A DNA stretch of 64,000 nucleotides from Bacteroidales bacterium (GTDB taxonomy: Bacteria > Bacteroidota > Bacteroidia > Bacteroidales > UBA3663): assembly GCA_017561935.1 (NCBI GenBank), contig JAFZBE010000067.1, forward strand, positions 2,752-66,751, written 5' to 3'. Below, one piece after another: positions 42,890 through 54,891 of the stretch. Position 1 is the first letter of the stretch. Every line of letters starts with the position of its first letter. Position numbers and translations under genes: made by a program. Under the pieces are notes generated by a model. The model made no database searches and was not told where the DNA came from. It worked only from the letters and a program-made list of their open reading frames with translations.

Positions 42890-43702
42890 TCATTTGATTA
42901 TGCGTATCTTCATGCGCACGTCAGTGTTTGGTCGATTGACCGCATTGCTCTCAAGGGCAGCAATCTTCGAGATGACATCCAGTCCCTCAACGACCTCGCC
43001 ATAGCATGTGTATTCACCATAGATGTGATAAGCGCCGCCCACCGTACTGTAGGCTTCACGCTCAGCGGGTGTGAAGAAACGTGTGCCTGGCATCGTGCGA
43101 GCTATGCTGTCGATATCGTGGTTAATGCGACGGGCCAACTGATTGTATTCGGCCACACTGGTGGTCTTGAGCAAGGCCAGCGAGTCCTTTATGGCCTGTG
43201 TCATTACCTTGCGTTGAGCTGCTTTTCGTGCCGTAGCGTTGTGGGTTTTCTCCCAGTTGTTAAGCGTAGCTTCACTCATCACATAACCATCGACGATGAA
43301 GAACATCGACATGTCAGAGTTGACCACACCCTCACGATGCGGTGCACAAAGGGCACCCTTCTTCGGAACGTGGTTCTTGCGTATCTCGGCTGGTATCTCT
43401 TCGCTGAGGTCACCCCATCCGATACTTTGACCTGGCAACGCCGTCTTCGAATCGGGAGCACCACCCTGGATCATGAACGTTGGCATCACGCGGCCAAAGA
43501 GTGAGTCGTCGTAATAGCCCGCACGCACCTTCTTCAGGAAATTTGCCACCGTGCGGGGACAGTCGTCATAGAGCATCACTCGCATATTGCCCATATTGGT
43601 TGTAATGAGCACCTCGTGCGTCTGGGCATTCACAATATTTCCGCTAATGTTTGGAACGAAAAGAAGGGCGAAAAACGACAGTAGAACTGAAAGATGTTTC
43701 AT
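42890..43702 (-). CDS. Cyclophilin-type peptidyl-prolyl isomerase, secreted paralogue
   Basis: Start at ATG 43702 (MKHLSVLLSFFALLFVPNISG). FGRVMPTFMIQGGAPDS and YTCYGEVVEGLDVISKI. Confidence 0.9.
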   Translation of the reverse strand: MKHLSVLLSFFALLFVPNISGNIVNAQTHEVLITTNMGNMRVMLYDDCPRTVANFLKKVRAGYYDDSLFGRVMPTFMIQGGAPDSKTALPGQSIGWGDLSEEIPAEIRKNHVPKKGALCAPHREGVVNSDMSMFFIVDGYVMSEATLNNWEKTHNATARKAAQRKVMTQAIKDSLALLKTTSVAEYNQLARRINHDIDSIARTMPGTRFFTPAEREAYSTVGGAYHIYGEYTCYGEVVEGLDVISKIAALESNAVNRPNTDVRMKIRIIK

Positions 43703-43799
43703 GATCTTAATTTGAAAGGTAAAAGCCCTTCCCTCCATAAAGAGAGAAGGGCTAGTTGTTTGTAAAAATGGCCATAAGGACCGAAAACCTTATCGACGA

Positions 43800-45455
<1,656 letters not shown>

Positions 45456-46232
45456 TTATGTGGTCGCAGGACGAGGGTTCTTGACCTGTGGCAGGAACTC
45501 CTTTTCGAGCTTGGCATAATTCTGCACAAACCATTTGTGCCAATAGCGTGTCATCTCGCCATGTGTCTGTCCCATGATGCCATCGTCAAACGATACACGT
45601 TTGCCTATTTCGATGCACTCGGGGCCCGGTGTCAGACAGAAGTCATTCTTGGGAAGAAGATAACCTGTGCCGAAGATAGTGACGGGAATGATGTCACACT
45701 TCAGCTGTTCGGCAAGGAGAAACGCGCCACGACGGAACTTGTGGACCTGACAATCCTCCGAGCGGGTACCTTCAGGGAAGATAAGCACCGAATACCCGCG
45801 CTTCATACACTTGCTGATATGTGTCTGCATCTCGTCCATAGGCATTGTGGCAGGGAAGAAATCGGCAAAACGCACCACATGGCCGTAGATCTTGCTATCC
45901 CATACCCACTGTCCGGTCATCACGATAAGCCTGTTGGTGAGCATCAAGGTGGCAAGCAGGTCGAGCAGAGATTGGTGATTGGCGATGATAAGGGCTGGTT
46001 TCTTGAATGTCTCTTCATACGGGTTGCGCACGATCGGGTGAACCTGTGGCACACAGAATAAAGCGAAGAATCGGCAGAACCTGCGTATGTGGCGATGCAG
46101 ACGATAACGAACACGTTCATTATCGCCGAACCAAGCATAGATCCTTGCCATGGGGGCAATGATGAAGAAGATGTATCCAAGAAGGATGCCAAATCCAAGG
46201 TAGGAAATTATCAGTCTGAACCACCGTGGCAT
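45456..46232 (-). CDS. 1-acyl-sn-glycerol-3-phosphate (lysophospholipid) acyltransferase family protein
   Basis: HXXXXD motif in ANHQSLLD. FPEGTRSED. N-terminal TM helix. Confidence 0.85.
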   Translation of the reverse strand: MPRWFRLIISYLGFGILLGYIFFIIAPMARIYAWFGDNERVRYRLHRHIRRFCRFFALFCVPQVHPIVRNPYEETFKKPALIIANHQSLLDLLATLMLTNRLIVMTGQWVWDSKIYGHVVRFADFFPATMPMDEMQTHISKCMKRGYSVLIFPEGTRSEDCQVHKFRRGAFLLAEQLKCDIIPVTIFGTGYLLPKNDFCLTPGPECIEIGKRVSFDDGIMGQTHGEMTRYWHKWFVQNYAKLEKEFLPQVKNPRPATT

Positions 46233-46268
46233 AAAATGGTAGAGGTTTAGAGTTTCCGAAGAGTTTAC

Positions 46269-47351
46269 TTAAAAACGTACGCCAAAGAAGAATCGCGACG
46301 ACCAGTCGAACGTATAAATCGAGAATCTTTCCTTTTCCGGGAAAGAATCGATATTTGCAAATACCATCACTCCTGTCACATATCGACTGAAATTATAGAC
46401 GAAACTGGAATGTATCGTCCCGTTGATTGCCAACTTCTGACTAATTGCTACGACATGCCTCTCGTCCTGATAGCGCTGGGCTGTACTATCCCATGTGCGC
46501 TCGTCGAAATACCTGCGGTTCCTGTGCCATATCGACAGCATCGGCATGGCAGAGAAGTGAAGAAGGCAGTGCGCATCGTTGAAGATGAAATTATAGGCAT
46601 ATCCTCCACCCAGGCTGACCTGCGTCTGAGAAAGCCTGTAGCTCGCCATGCCCTCATCACCCACATCGAGTATGTCATCGCCGATGAAGTAGTGCTGATG
46701 CTCACCGGCCAATGTGGTTGCCGAATGCCTGTAGTTCAGGATGGCCAGCCATGATCCGCTGCTCCTCTTCTGGATAATGGTGTGCGACATGGCTGCGGGA
46801 AGCGAGAAACGCTTGCGTCCGAAGACGTAGTATAAATTGCCTAAGAGAAGACGCTGATGGCAATTCTTCATCTCAATGTCGTATTTGTCCATGATGCTGG
46901 CTCCCTCCACGTCGAGTACACCGCTGAGTGAATAGGAGTTGTGGATACGCGTCTCCAATCCGTAACCCTGCCCATAAGAACAGAACGACCACTCCGTGTC
47001 GCCATTTTTCGAGAAATCCTTCGAATAGCTCAGGCCCCAGCCTCGATACGATACGCCTACCGAAAGCAACGAAGCAACACGTGTGCTCAAGGTACCCGAT
47101 ACGTCGACCGTACCATATTGGGCGAAGATATGACTATAGTCGAGATATGCTTTCGAACCAGTCAGATAGACGTTGCCATATCCCACAAAGCCCTCCTTAG
47201 GCAAACGCAGATAGGTCGTATCACATCCCTTGATGTCGGCGCTGTCAACCCAGTTCTTGAGTGCTCGCCAAAAACCCTCGGCCTTCACCTGACCGACCAT
47301 GGCGGTCAGGAGGAAAAGCACGACAAGACGGGTAGATGTGGAACTTGACAT
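46269..47351 (-). CDS. Predicted outer-membrane beta-barrel protein (DUF4421-like)
   Basis: Signal peptide. Alternating beta-strand pattern. C-terminal ...FFFGVRF. The family name is from memory only. Confidence 0.6.
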   Translation of the reverse strand: MSSSTSTRLVVLFLLTAMVGQVKAEGFWRALKNWVDSADIKGCDTTYLRLPKEGFVGYGNVYLTGSKAYLDYSHIFAQYGTVDVSGTLSTRVASLLSVGVSYRGWGLSYSKDFSKNGDTEWSFCSYGQGYGLETRIHNSYSLSGVLDVEGASIMDKYDIEMKNCHQRLLLGNLYYVFGRKRFSLPAAMSHTIIQKRSSGSWLAILNYRHSATTLAGEHQHYFIGDDILDVGDEGMASYRLSQTQVSLGGGYAYNFIFNDAHCLLHFSAMPMLSIWHRNRRYFDERTWDSTAQRYQDERHVVAISQKLAINGTIHSSFVYNFSRYVTGVMVFANIDSFPEKERFSIYTFDWSSRFFFGVRF

Positions 47352-47392
47352 AGTCTATTTCGGTCTAAATGAATAAGTAATTTACTATGGGA

Positions 47393-49990
47393 CTAACGCG
47401 AACCGAGATCTTCGATGATTGAGCGAAGCTCCGAATCACTCGTGACGAGCACGGCACGAGCCTTCGAACCACTGTATGGTCCGACAATACCAGCTGCTTC
47501 CAGCTGATCCATGATACGGCCTGCCCTGTTGTATCCGATCTGGAACTTACGCTGAATCATCGACGTTGAACCCTGGGCATTGGCCACGACGAGCTCAGCA
47601 CATTCATTGAACAACGGGTCGAGTTGGTGCAGATCCACCACCTCACCATTGCCATCAGGGGTATCGCCCTCCTGTATCCTGGGCTCGGGCAGGATGAGCG
47701 CCGTAGGATAACCCTGTTGTCCGGCGATGAACCTGCAGATGCGATCCACCTCGGGAGTATCAACATAAGCACATTGCACGCGTTCGGGAGCACGGCCTGT
47801 CGAGAACAGCAGGTCGCCACGTCCAATCAGGTTCTGTGCCCCCGGCTGGTCAAGAATTATACCCGAATCGATACCCGACGACACACGGAAGGCCATACGG
47901 GCGGGGAAGTTTGCCTTGATGATACCCGTGACAATCTTCGCCGAAGGACGTTGCGTAGCAATGATCATGTGAATTCCTACAGCACGAGCCTTTTGGGCAA
48001 TGCGGGCAATGGGCAACTCCACTTCCTTGCCGGCTGTCATGATGAGGTCGCCATACTCGTCGATGATGGCAACGATATAGGGCAAGTAGCGGTGATTCGT
48101 GCCCTCACGGCTACCAATAGGTGCCGAGATGTGCTTACGAGGATTCAGTTGACGATGGATGAACTTCTCGTTGTACTCCTTGATGTTACGCACACCAGCA
48201 TCCTCCACCAATGCATAACGGTCCTCCATCTCAGCACAAAGCGACTTAAGTATATCCACCGTCTTGGTGACATCGGTGATGATGGGGTTCTCCTGATCGG
48301 GCAACTTAGCCAAATAGTGCTTCTCGATGCGCTTGTAGATACTAAACTCCACCATCTTCGGATCGACGAGCACAATCTTGAGTTGAGAGGGATGCTTCTT
48401 GTAAAGCAGCGAAGTGATGATGGCATTCAGGCCTACCGACTTGCCCTGACCAGTAGCACCAGCCACGAGGAGGTGAGGCGCCTTGGTAAGGTCAAAGGTG
48501 AACACCTCATTCATAATCGTCTTGCCAAGGGCGATAGGCAGTTCGTACTTCGATTCCTGGAAGGCGCGTGAAGAGATACAGTCGCGCATCGATACGGTCT
48601 GGGGATCATTATTGGGCACCTCGATGCCGATGGCCGACTTTCCGGGAATCGGGGCAATGATACGGATACCCGACTTTGAGGCTATCGACATGGCGATTTC
48701 ATCACTCAGGTTCTTCACGCGGCTGATCTTGGTACCGCTCTCCAATACGATCTCGAAGAGCGTGATCGTAGGACCTACGGTAGCCGAGATCGACTGTATC
48801 TCGATGCCGTAGTCCGACAATGTCTGGCGAATCTTTTCCTTGTTTGCCGTCTGCTCATCCATGTCGATGGGTGAATGGCTCGGATAGGTTTTCAGCAGGT
48901 CGAAAGTCGGGAACTTATAGTGACTGAGGTCTGCCGTGGGGTCATAGTCGGTTTGGGGAAGGTCTTCGGTGGTTTCTGCAACAGGAGCCTTCACTGTGTC
49001 AGTCTTGCCCGTCTTAACCACAAAAACCGGATCATTTCCAGCCTTTTCATCCGCTTTGTCTTTGGTGTCGTCGCCTTTCTTCATCGGTTTGGTAACCTCG
49101 TCCTGTAAAGTATCAACGTCAGGAATGACTGTAGTTGGGTCCTTCACATCGTCAGCCTCCTTACGCTCATCCTCCGACTCGACAATCTGCTGTCCCACTG
49201 GCTCCACCTCCTCGGCGGATATACGCTCGGCCTCCAACTGCGCCTGTCGCTCGGCCTCTCGTGCAGCTTTCTCCTCCTTGTGCTTATCGATGCGGCCCTG
49301 CAGCCAAGGGATTAGGCCGAAGAGGGTACGTGTTTTCTCGATCGTGCTGTCGAACATGAACGTGGCGATGATCAGTCCCGACGCGATAAGGAACAGTACC
49401 AAGCCGGGCACATGCAGGTTGGTCACAAGCAGCTGTGTCAGCTCGTAACCATGCTTGCCGCCCAAATAGAGGAAGTTCGACTGCAGTTCTGTGCCGAACA
49501 GGGTGTCGAGGATATAGCTCATGGCACTGAGCAAGAGCGAAAGCCAGATCACCATGAAAGCTGTTCGTACAAACGCCCCCAGAAGACGGGGCATAGGTCC
49601 CGACGAAATCAGTCCACGTCCGAAGCGGAACAGCAGCCCGACGAAGAGTAGTACAGGCAGGCCGAGCCAGCGGTTCACACACCATTCCGAAGTAAAGGCA
49701 CCAAACGTGCCCACCCAGTTGTGGACATCATTGTTCGGAAGGAAAATCTCGTACCAACTCAGATTTTCCAGTATCGCTTGATCATCTTTGCCAGTTACGA
49801 TGAACGACAAGAATCCGATGCCCAACAGCGCTGATAGCAACATAACTAGTAATCCAGCGGCGAACTGAGTCTGTTCGCCGCGCAAGAAGGCCAAGAAACG
49901 CGAGGGCTTCTTCGGGCCTTTCCCCTTTGCATTTTTCTCCTTTGCAGCAGTAGTGTTCTTTTCTTTGCCCATTCTATTTATTTTTTCCAA
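47393..49990 (-). CDS. ftsK: DNA translocase FtsK
   Basis: 865 aa. N-terminal TM helices. Acidic linker. Walker A GATGQGKS. C-terminal gamma domain (MIQRKFQIGYNRAGRIMDQLE). Confidence 0.95.
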   Translation of the reverse strand: MEKINRMGKEKNTTAAKEKNAKGKGPKKPSRFLAFLRGEQTQFAAGLLVMLLSALLGIGFLSFIVTGKDDQAILENLSWYEIFLPNNDVHNWVGTFGAFTSEWCVNRWLGLPVLLFVGLLFRFGRGLISSGPMPRLLGAFVRTAFMVIWLSLLLSAMSYILDTLFGTELQSNFLYLGGKHGYELTQLLVTNLHVPGLVLFLIASGLIIATFMFDSTIEKTRTLFGLIPWLQGRIDKHKEEKAAREAERQAQLEAERISAEEVEPVGQQIVESEDERKEADDVKDPTTVIPDVDTLQDEVTKPMKKGDDTKDKADEKAGNDPVFVVKTGKTDTVKAPVAETTEDLPQTDYDPTADLSHYKFPTFDLLKTYPSHSPIDMDEQTANKEKIRQTLSDYGIEIQSISATVGPTITLFEIVLESGTKISRVKNLSDEIAMSIASKSGIRIIAPIPGKSAIGIEVPNNDPQTVSMRDCISSRAFQESKYELPIALGKTIMNEVFTFDLTKAPHLLVAGATGQGKSVGLNAIITSLLYKKHPSQLKIVLVDPKMVEFSIYKRIEKHYLAKLPDQENPIITDVTKTVDILKSLCAEMEDRYALVEDAGVRNIKEYNEKFIHRQLNPRKHISAPIGSREGTNHRYLPYIVAIIDEYGDLIMTAGKEVELPIARIAQKARAVGIHMIIATQRPSAKIVTGIIKANFPARMAFRVSSGIDSGIILDQPGAQNLIGRGDLLFSTGRAPERVQCAYVDTPEVDRICRFIAGQQGYPTALILPEPRIQEGDTPDGNGEVVDLHQLDPLFNECAELVVANAQGSTSMIQRKFQIGYNRAGRIMDQLEAAGIVGPYSGSKARAVLVTSDSELRSIIEDLGSR

Positions 49991-49995
49991 AACAA

Positions 49996-51507
49996 TTAAT
50001 TTTTCCAGAACATTGGCGTAAATATCACAATGACCGTAAATATCTCAAGACGGCCCACCAGCATCATGAAACCGAGGTACCATTTGGCAGCAGCTGGCAG
50101 CCATGCCCAGTTGAAGGCAGGTCCCGTGTCACCTAGGGCAGGTCCCGTGTTGCCCAATGCCGAAATGGCAGTGCCAATAGCCGTTTCGAAATTGAGGCCG
50201 AAACATTGCAGGATGAAAATCGATATGACCAGCAGCATCAGGTAGATCGACAGCATGGCCAATATCTTGAAGACGGCGTCGTTCGAAAGCGCCTGCCCAT
50301 TGAGGCGCACGTTGCTATAGGAACGCGGCAGCAGGGCATGCAATATCTGGTTGCGTCCATTCTTGATCAACACCACAAAACGGACCACCTTCAGACCGCC
50401 GGCTGTGCTCGACGAGCATCCACCCATCACCATCATCAGCAGCGTGGGGAGCCAGAAGATCGAGCCCCACAGGTTGTAGTCGAAGTACTCTGCCTGATAA
50501 CCCGCACTCGAGATGATGGTCAGCGTATGGAACAGCGAACTGCGCAATGTGCACTCCAGCGAGCCGTCACCCAGCGTCGCCATGTTGTCGGCAGGTATCA
50601 GTCCATGAAGACGTGTCAGGTAATTGAGCGACATGAATAGTCCGGTGAATCCAACCACTGCACCTGCAAACCATCGCAGTTCCTCGTTCTTCCACATCAG
50701 GCCCACATGTCCTTTCGACAACATATAGAACAGGTTGAAATTGACTGACGTCAGGAAGAGGAACACGATGCAGACATATTCAATATAGGCCGAATGGAAA
50801 TGGCCGATAGAGTCGGAATACGTTGAGAACCCACCCGATGCCATGGTCGAAAACGAATGGCATACTGCATCAAACCAATCCATGTCCCCTATCGCATAGA
50901 GCGCGGCACAGGCCATAGTCAGAACCAAGTAGATTCCCCACAGGCGACGTGCAGTCTCGTCAATCTTTGGTCGTAGCTTATCCACCGACAGTCCATTTGT
51001 CTCGGCGCCGAACACCTGTGTGGCTCCCGCACCGATGAGTGGCAGCAAGGCCAGGCTGAAGACCACAATACCGAGGCCTCCCATCCACTGCATCAGATGA
51101 CGCCAAAACATGATCCCATGCGGTTGTGCCTCCAGATCGGTGATGGTCGTGCAACCCGTCGTCGTGAATCCCGACATCGTTTCTAGAAATGCGCTCGAGA
51201 TATCGTCACATGCGCCTGACAGCCGCATCGGTATCATGCTGAGAAGACAAAAGACGAACCACGCCAGCGAAACGACGAGGAACCCTTCGCGAGTCGTGAT
51301 CTTTGACGAATGTTCGCGGCTGCCATACCAAGCTCCGAAACCGACAACAGCAGTAATCACAGTGCCCATAAGCAGGGTCCACCAGTCACTTTCGCCCGCC
51401 GTATAGTGATAGTAGAGTGCAACCACGGTGCTCAAGCCCATGAAGCCAGCCTCCATGAGCAACAACACACCGAAGATGTAACGGATCAACAGCCAGTTGA
51501 TTTTCAT
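49996..51507 (-). CDS. trkH: TrkH-family potassium uptake protein
   Basis: 503 aa polytopic protein. Selectivity-filter-like segments GFTTTG, SGGFS, SAGYQ and GNTGP. Confidence 0.9.
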   Translation of the reverse strand: MKINWLLIRYIFGVLLLMEAGFMGLSTVVALYYHYTAGESDWWTLLMGTVITAVVGFGAWYGSREHSSKITTREGFLVVSLAWFVFCLLSMIPMRLSGACDDISSAFLETMSGFTTTGCTTITDLEAQPHGIMFWRHLMQWMGGLGIVVFSLALLPLIGAGATQVFGAETNGLSVDKLRPKIDETARRLWGIYLVLTMACAALYAIGDMDWFDAVCHSFSTMASGGFSTYSDSIGHFHSAYIEYVCIVFLFLTSVNFNLFYMLSKGHVGLMWKNEELRWFAGAVVGFTGLFMSLNYLTRLHGLIPADNMATLGDGSLECTLRSSLFHTLTIISSAGYQAEYFDYNLWGSIFWLPTLLMMVMGGCSSSTAGGLKVVRFVVLIKNGRNQILHALLPRSYSNVRLNGQALSNDAVFKILAMLSIYLMLLVISIFILQCFGLNFETAIGTAISALGNTGPALGDTGPAFNWAWLPAAAKWYLGFMMLVGRLEIFTVIVIFTPMFWKN

Positions 51508-51511
51508 TATT

Positions 51512-52849
51512 CTACTTCACAAACAGTTCCTGCACAGCCTCGATTTTCTCATTACGACATATCACTACCACTTGGTCGCCAGGCTGGATATGTGTCTGGC
51601 CTGTGACTGTCTGTCCCTGTCCGTTGCGTACCATGCCACCTATGGTGATACCCTTGGGCAGACGCAACTCCATCACCGGTTTCAGTGTGATCGACGAGTT
51701 GTTCTGGGCCGTGAGGTCCACCACCTCGGCATCAATCAGGCTGAAACACTTCGCATTCGTCTTGTCCGACTCCAGCAGAATCTGATAGATGGATGCTGCC
51801 GTGAGCGATTTCTTGTTGACAGTCGAACCGATATTGAGGTTTTGGGCCATGGTGACCTGCTCCACATCGCTCACTTCGACGATGCTCTTCCCCACGCCCA
51901 TCTTCTTGGCAGTCAGACAAGCCAGGATATTTGAATCTGAATCCGGACCGACAGCCACAAACGCATCGTGAACGTTAATATTCAGGTCGTTCAGTGTCTC
52001 GATGTAGTTCTTCATCCCTCTCACCACCTTCACGTTGGGCAGCTTGTCCATCACATGATTGGCATTGTCAGCATCATCTTCAATGAAGACCACGTCATAA
52101 TGCTTCTTCAAATAATAACAGAGCTGTATGCCCAGGCGATTACCACCCAAAATGATGATGCGGTGCAGGTCGCGCTCCTTCTTTCCGCAGGTAAAGCGCA
52201 CCACGTCGGCCTTTTGTGGCAAGGTGACGAAATACACCAGATCCTCGGCCTTGACGATGTCATTGCCGTTGGGAATGATCAGATCGACATCGCGCCTGAT
52301 GGCCGCCACATGGAACGAGTCGTGATGCATGCGTCCGATGTCCATGAGCTTCCTTCCCACAATGGGGGCACCTTCGCGCACCTTCACAGCCAGCAGAAGC
52401 AGGCAGCCATCGCAGAGCGAGATGCTCTGTCGCGCCCACGGACGGGCTATGGCATCGGCAATGAACTGACCTCCCAGCATCTCGGGATAGACAAGGTCGC
52501 TGATGCCGATGCGCTTGTAGAAGTCCGCCGAGTCGGTCTTCTGTGTCTCGTAATTGTCCACACGGGCCATCGTACGACGAGCACCCAGGTTCGCTGCGAG
52601 GATGCAAGAATGGATGTTCGTGCTCTCATCGGGCGTCACGGCAATGAACAGGTTACACTCGGGCACACCAGCTTCTTTCAGTGCATGGATGCTGGTGGGC
52701 TTGCCGACCATGGTCATCAGGTTCATGAACGTCAGCTGAGCGATGCGGTTCATATCCGAATCCATCAGCACGACGTCATGATTCTCCTTCGCCAATAGCT
52801 TGGCCAGATGTGTGCCCACTTCCTGGGCACCGGCGATAACTATCTTCAT
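51512..52849 (-). CDS. trkA: Trk system potassium uptake protein TrkA (two RCK domains)
   Basis: MKIVIAGAQEVGTHLAKLL and a second Rossmann segment IIILGGNRLGIQL. 445 aa. Confidence 0.92.
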   Translation of the reverse strand: MKIVIAGAQEVGTHLAKLLAKENHDVVLMDSDMNRIAQLTFMNLMTMVGKPTSIHALKEAGVPECNLFIAVTPDESTNIHSCILAANLGARRTMARVDNYETQKTDSADFYKRIGISDLVYPEMLGGQFIADAIARPWARQSISLCDGCLLLLAVKVREGAPIVGRKLMDIGRMHHDSFHVAAIRRDVDLIIPNGNDIVKAEDLVYFVTLPQKADVVRFTCGKKERDLHRIIILGGNRLGIQLCYYLKKHYDVVFIEDDADNANHVMDKLPNVKVVRGMKNYIETLNDLNINVHDAFVAVGPDSDSNILACLTAKKMGVGKSIVEVSDVEQVTMAQNLNIGSTVNKKSLTAASIYQILLESDKTNAKCFSLIDAEVVDLTAQNNSSITLKPVMELRLPKGITIGGMVRNGQGQTVTGQTHIQPGDQVVVICRNEKIEAVQELFVK

Positions 52850-52857
52850 TGCCCTAA

Positions 52858-52911
52858 TCTCTGATTTCTCTGAATTCTCCGATTACTTGGAGTTCTCCGA
52901 TTATTCCGAAT
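52858..52911 (+). repeat. 9-bp-period mini-array, locus F (diverged TCTCYGATT type, 6 units) in the dxs-trkA spacer
   Basis: Units: TCTCTGATT TCTCTGAAT TCTCCGATT ACTTGGAGT TCTCCGATT ATTCCGAAT. The array overlaps the dxs stop codon (52901-52903). Confidence 0.7.
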
Positions 52912-54814
52912 CTTCCTCCAAAACCTTCGCAATGCTCGAGGCATCAATGCCGCAGAGTCGATAGAGTTCGCTCACTGAGCCTTGTGAGATGAACTCGTCG
53001 GGAATGCCCAGGCAGCGGATCTTGCCTTCGTACCCCTGACGGTTGGCTTCCTCCAAAATGGCACTGCCGAAACCGCCAGCCAAAGCACCATCCTCGACGG
53101 TGACAACGCGCGTGTACCTATTAAATATTTGCGCGAGGAGTTCGGTGTCGAGTGGCTTGCAGAACACCATATCATAATGGGCCACGTCACGCTCTACTCT
53201 ATCAATGGCCTTGGCTACCTCGATGCCTATCGGGCCGAAGGAAAGCACAGCCGTGTTTCCGCTGCCTTCACGCAAGCAATAACCACGACCTATCTCCACA
53301 GCCTCAAGGACGTTCTTCCAGTTCGGGTTGCCATCGGCATCATTGCCGCAGATGCTGCCGCGCCCGCGAGGATATCGGATCATGAACGGACCATCAGCCA
53401 CATCCACAGCCGTCACCATCAGTCTGCGCAGCCAATGTTCATCAATGGGCGAGCACACCGTCATGCCAGGTATGGCGCGGAAATAGGGAATATCCAGTAC
53501 ACCGTGGTGCGTCGGTCCGTCGGCACCCACCAGTCCCGCCCTATCCAGGCAGAACACCACATGCAGATGCTGGAGCGACACATCGTTCACCACCTGGTCG
53601 ATGGCACGTTGCATGAAGGTCGAGTAGATGTTGCAGAACGGCAGCATGCCCTCCTTGGCCAGTCCGCCGCTGAAAGTCACGGCGTGTTCCTCGGCAATAC
53701 CCACGTCGAACGTGCGGTCGGGGAATCGATTCATCATATACGTCATCGAACAGCCTGTTGGCATGGCAGGTGTCACACCCACGATTCGCTCGTTCTTCTC
53801 GGCCAGTTCCACCAATGTCATGCCGAAGACGTCCTGGAACTTCGACGGCAGTCCCTCCGTATTCTCCTTGATGCGTTCACCCGTGGCAGGGTCAAACTTG
53901 CCTGGAGCGTGCCAGATGGTGGCTTGCTCTTCGGCCTGCTTGAAACCCTTGCCCTTGATGGTGCACACGTGCAGCATCTTCGGTCCACCCAGATCCTTGA
54001 TCTTGCGCAAAGTCTTTACGAGCGACACCACATTGTGGCCATCCACGGGTCCGAAGTATCGGATGTCGAGGCCCTCGAAGATGTTCTGTCGGCGAGAAAA
54101 GAGCGACTTTACGCTGTTGGCGAAGCGAATCAAGGCGCGACGCAGCCTATCGCTGATCAGGCCATGGCGTTTCAGCGCGTTATATGCCTTGTAGCGCAGC
54201 AGGTTATAGCGTTGGCTGGTAGTAATACGCGTCAAATAGTGGTAGAGGGCTCCCACATTCTGATCGATGGCCATCTGGTTGTCGTTGAGCAGGATGAGCA
54301 GATCGTTCGGATGCGAGGAGGCATTGTTCAAGCCCTCAAAAGCCATGCCTCCGCTGATCGAAGCGTCACCGATTACGGCCACCACCTTGCGCTTGCTGCC
54401 TTCCAGCTTATTGGCCACAGCCATACCCAAGGCTGCCGAGATGCTGTTCGAGGCATGACCCGTTGAGAACGTGTCGTACTCGCTCTCCTTTGGAGTGGGG
54501 AAGCCGCTCAATCCACCCAGCTGGCGCAGAGTATTGAACTTCTCGCGACGACCTGTTAGTATCTTGTGCGCGTAAGCCTGGTGACCCACATCCCACACTA
54601 ACCGGTCGTCGGGTGTGTCAAACACATAATGCAGCGCCACGATGATCTCGATGGCACCCAAGCTCGAAGCGAAGTGTCCCGGATGGACGCTCACCTGTTC
54701 GATGATGAACTGACGTAAAGCCTGACATACATCCGGCAACTGCTCAATCGGCAATTGGCGCAAGTCGGCTGGACTATCAATCCCATCCAGTATGTTCTTA
54801 TATTTCTCTTCCAA
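52901..54814 (-). CDS. dxs: 1-deoxy-D-xylulose-5-phosphate synthase
   Basis: [26 protein letters not shown] and [16 protein letters not shown]. The only start-like codon after the upstream in-frame stop is TTG at 54814. Confidence 0.93.
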   Translation of the reverse strand: MEEKYKNILDGIDSPADLRQLPIEQLPDVCQALRQFIIEQVSVHPGHFASSLGAIEIIVALHYVFDTPDDRLVWDVGHQAYAHKILTGRREKFNTLRQLGGLSGFPTPKESEYDTFSTGHASNSISAALGMAVANKLEGSKRKVVAVIGDASISGGMAFEGLNNASSHPNDLLILLNDNQMAIDQNVGALYHYLTRITTSQRYNLLRYKAYNALKRHGLISDRLRRALIRFANSVKSLFSRRQNIFEGLDIRYFGPVDGHNVVSLVKTLRKIKDLGGPKMLHVCTIKGKGFKQAEEQATIWHAPGKFDPATGERIKENTEGLPSKFQDVFGMTLVELAEKNERIVGVTPAMPTGCSMTYMMNRFPDRTFDVGIAEEHAVTFSGGLAKEGMLPFCNIYSTFMQRAIDQVVNDVSLQHLHVVFCLDRAGLVGADGPTHHGVLDIPYFRAIPGMTVCSPIDEHWLRRLMVTAVDVADGPFMIRYPRGRGSICGNDADGNPNWKNVLEAVEIGRGYCLREGSGNTAVLSFGPIGIEVAKAIDRVERDVAHYDMVFCKPLDTELLAQIFNRYTRVVTVEDGALAGGFGSAILEEANRQGYEGKIRCLGIPDEFISQGSVSELYRLCGIDASSIAKVLEEDSE

Positions 54815-54828
54815 AGTATATCAATTTT

Positions 54829-54891
54829 CTTAACCCCTCTTAACCTTTCGAACCCTTCGAACCTATCGAACTCTTCGAACCCCTCATCCTT
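54829..54891 (-). repeat. 9-bp-period mini-array, locus D (7 units; G-rich strand is the minus strand)
   Basis: Plus strand reads CTTAACCCC TCTTAACCT TTCGAACCC TTCGAACCT ATCGAACTC TTCGAACCC CTCATCCTT. It covers the last 16 codons and the stop of the wbqC-like gene and ends 15 nt before the dxs start. Confidence 0.9.

Noticed and set aside
50117-50151. Near-duplicate GGCAGGTCCCGTGT 21 bp apart inside trkH
   Set aside because: It encodes ...GNTGPALGDTGPAF..., the glycine/proline selectivity-loop region typical of TrkH. It is an intrinsic protein motif duplication, not part of the dispersed repeat family.
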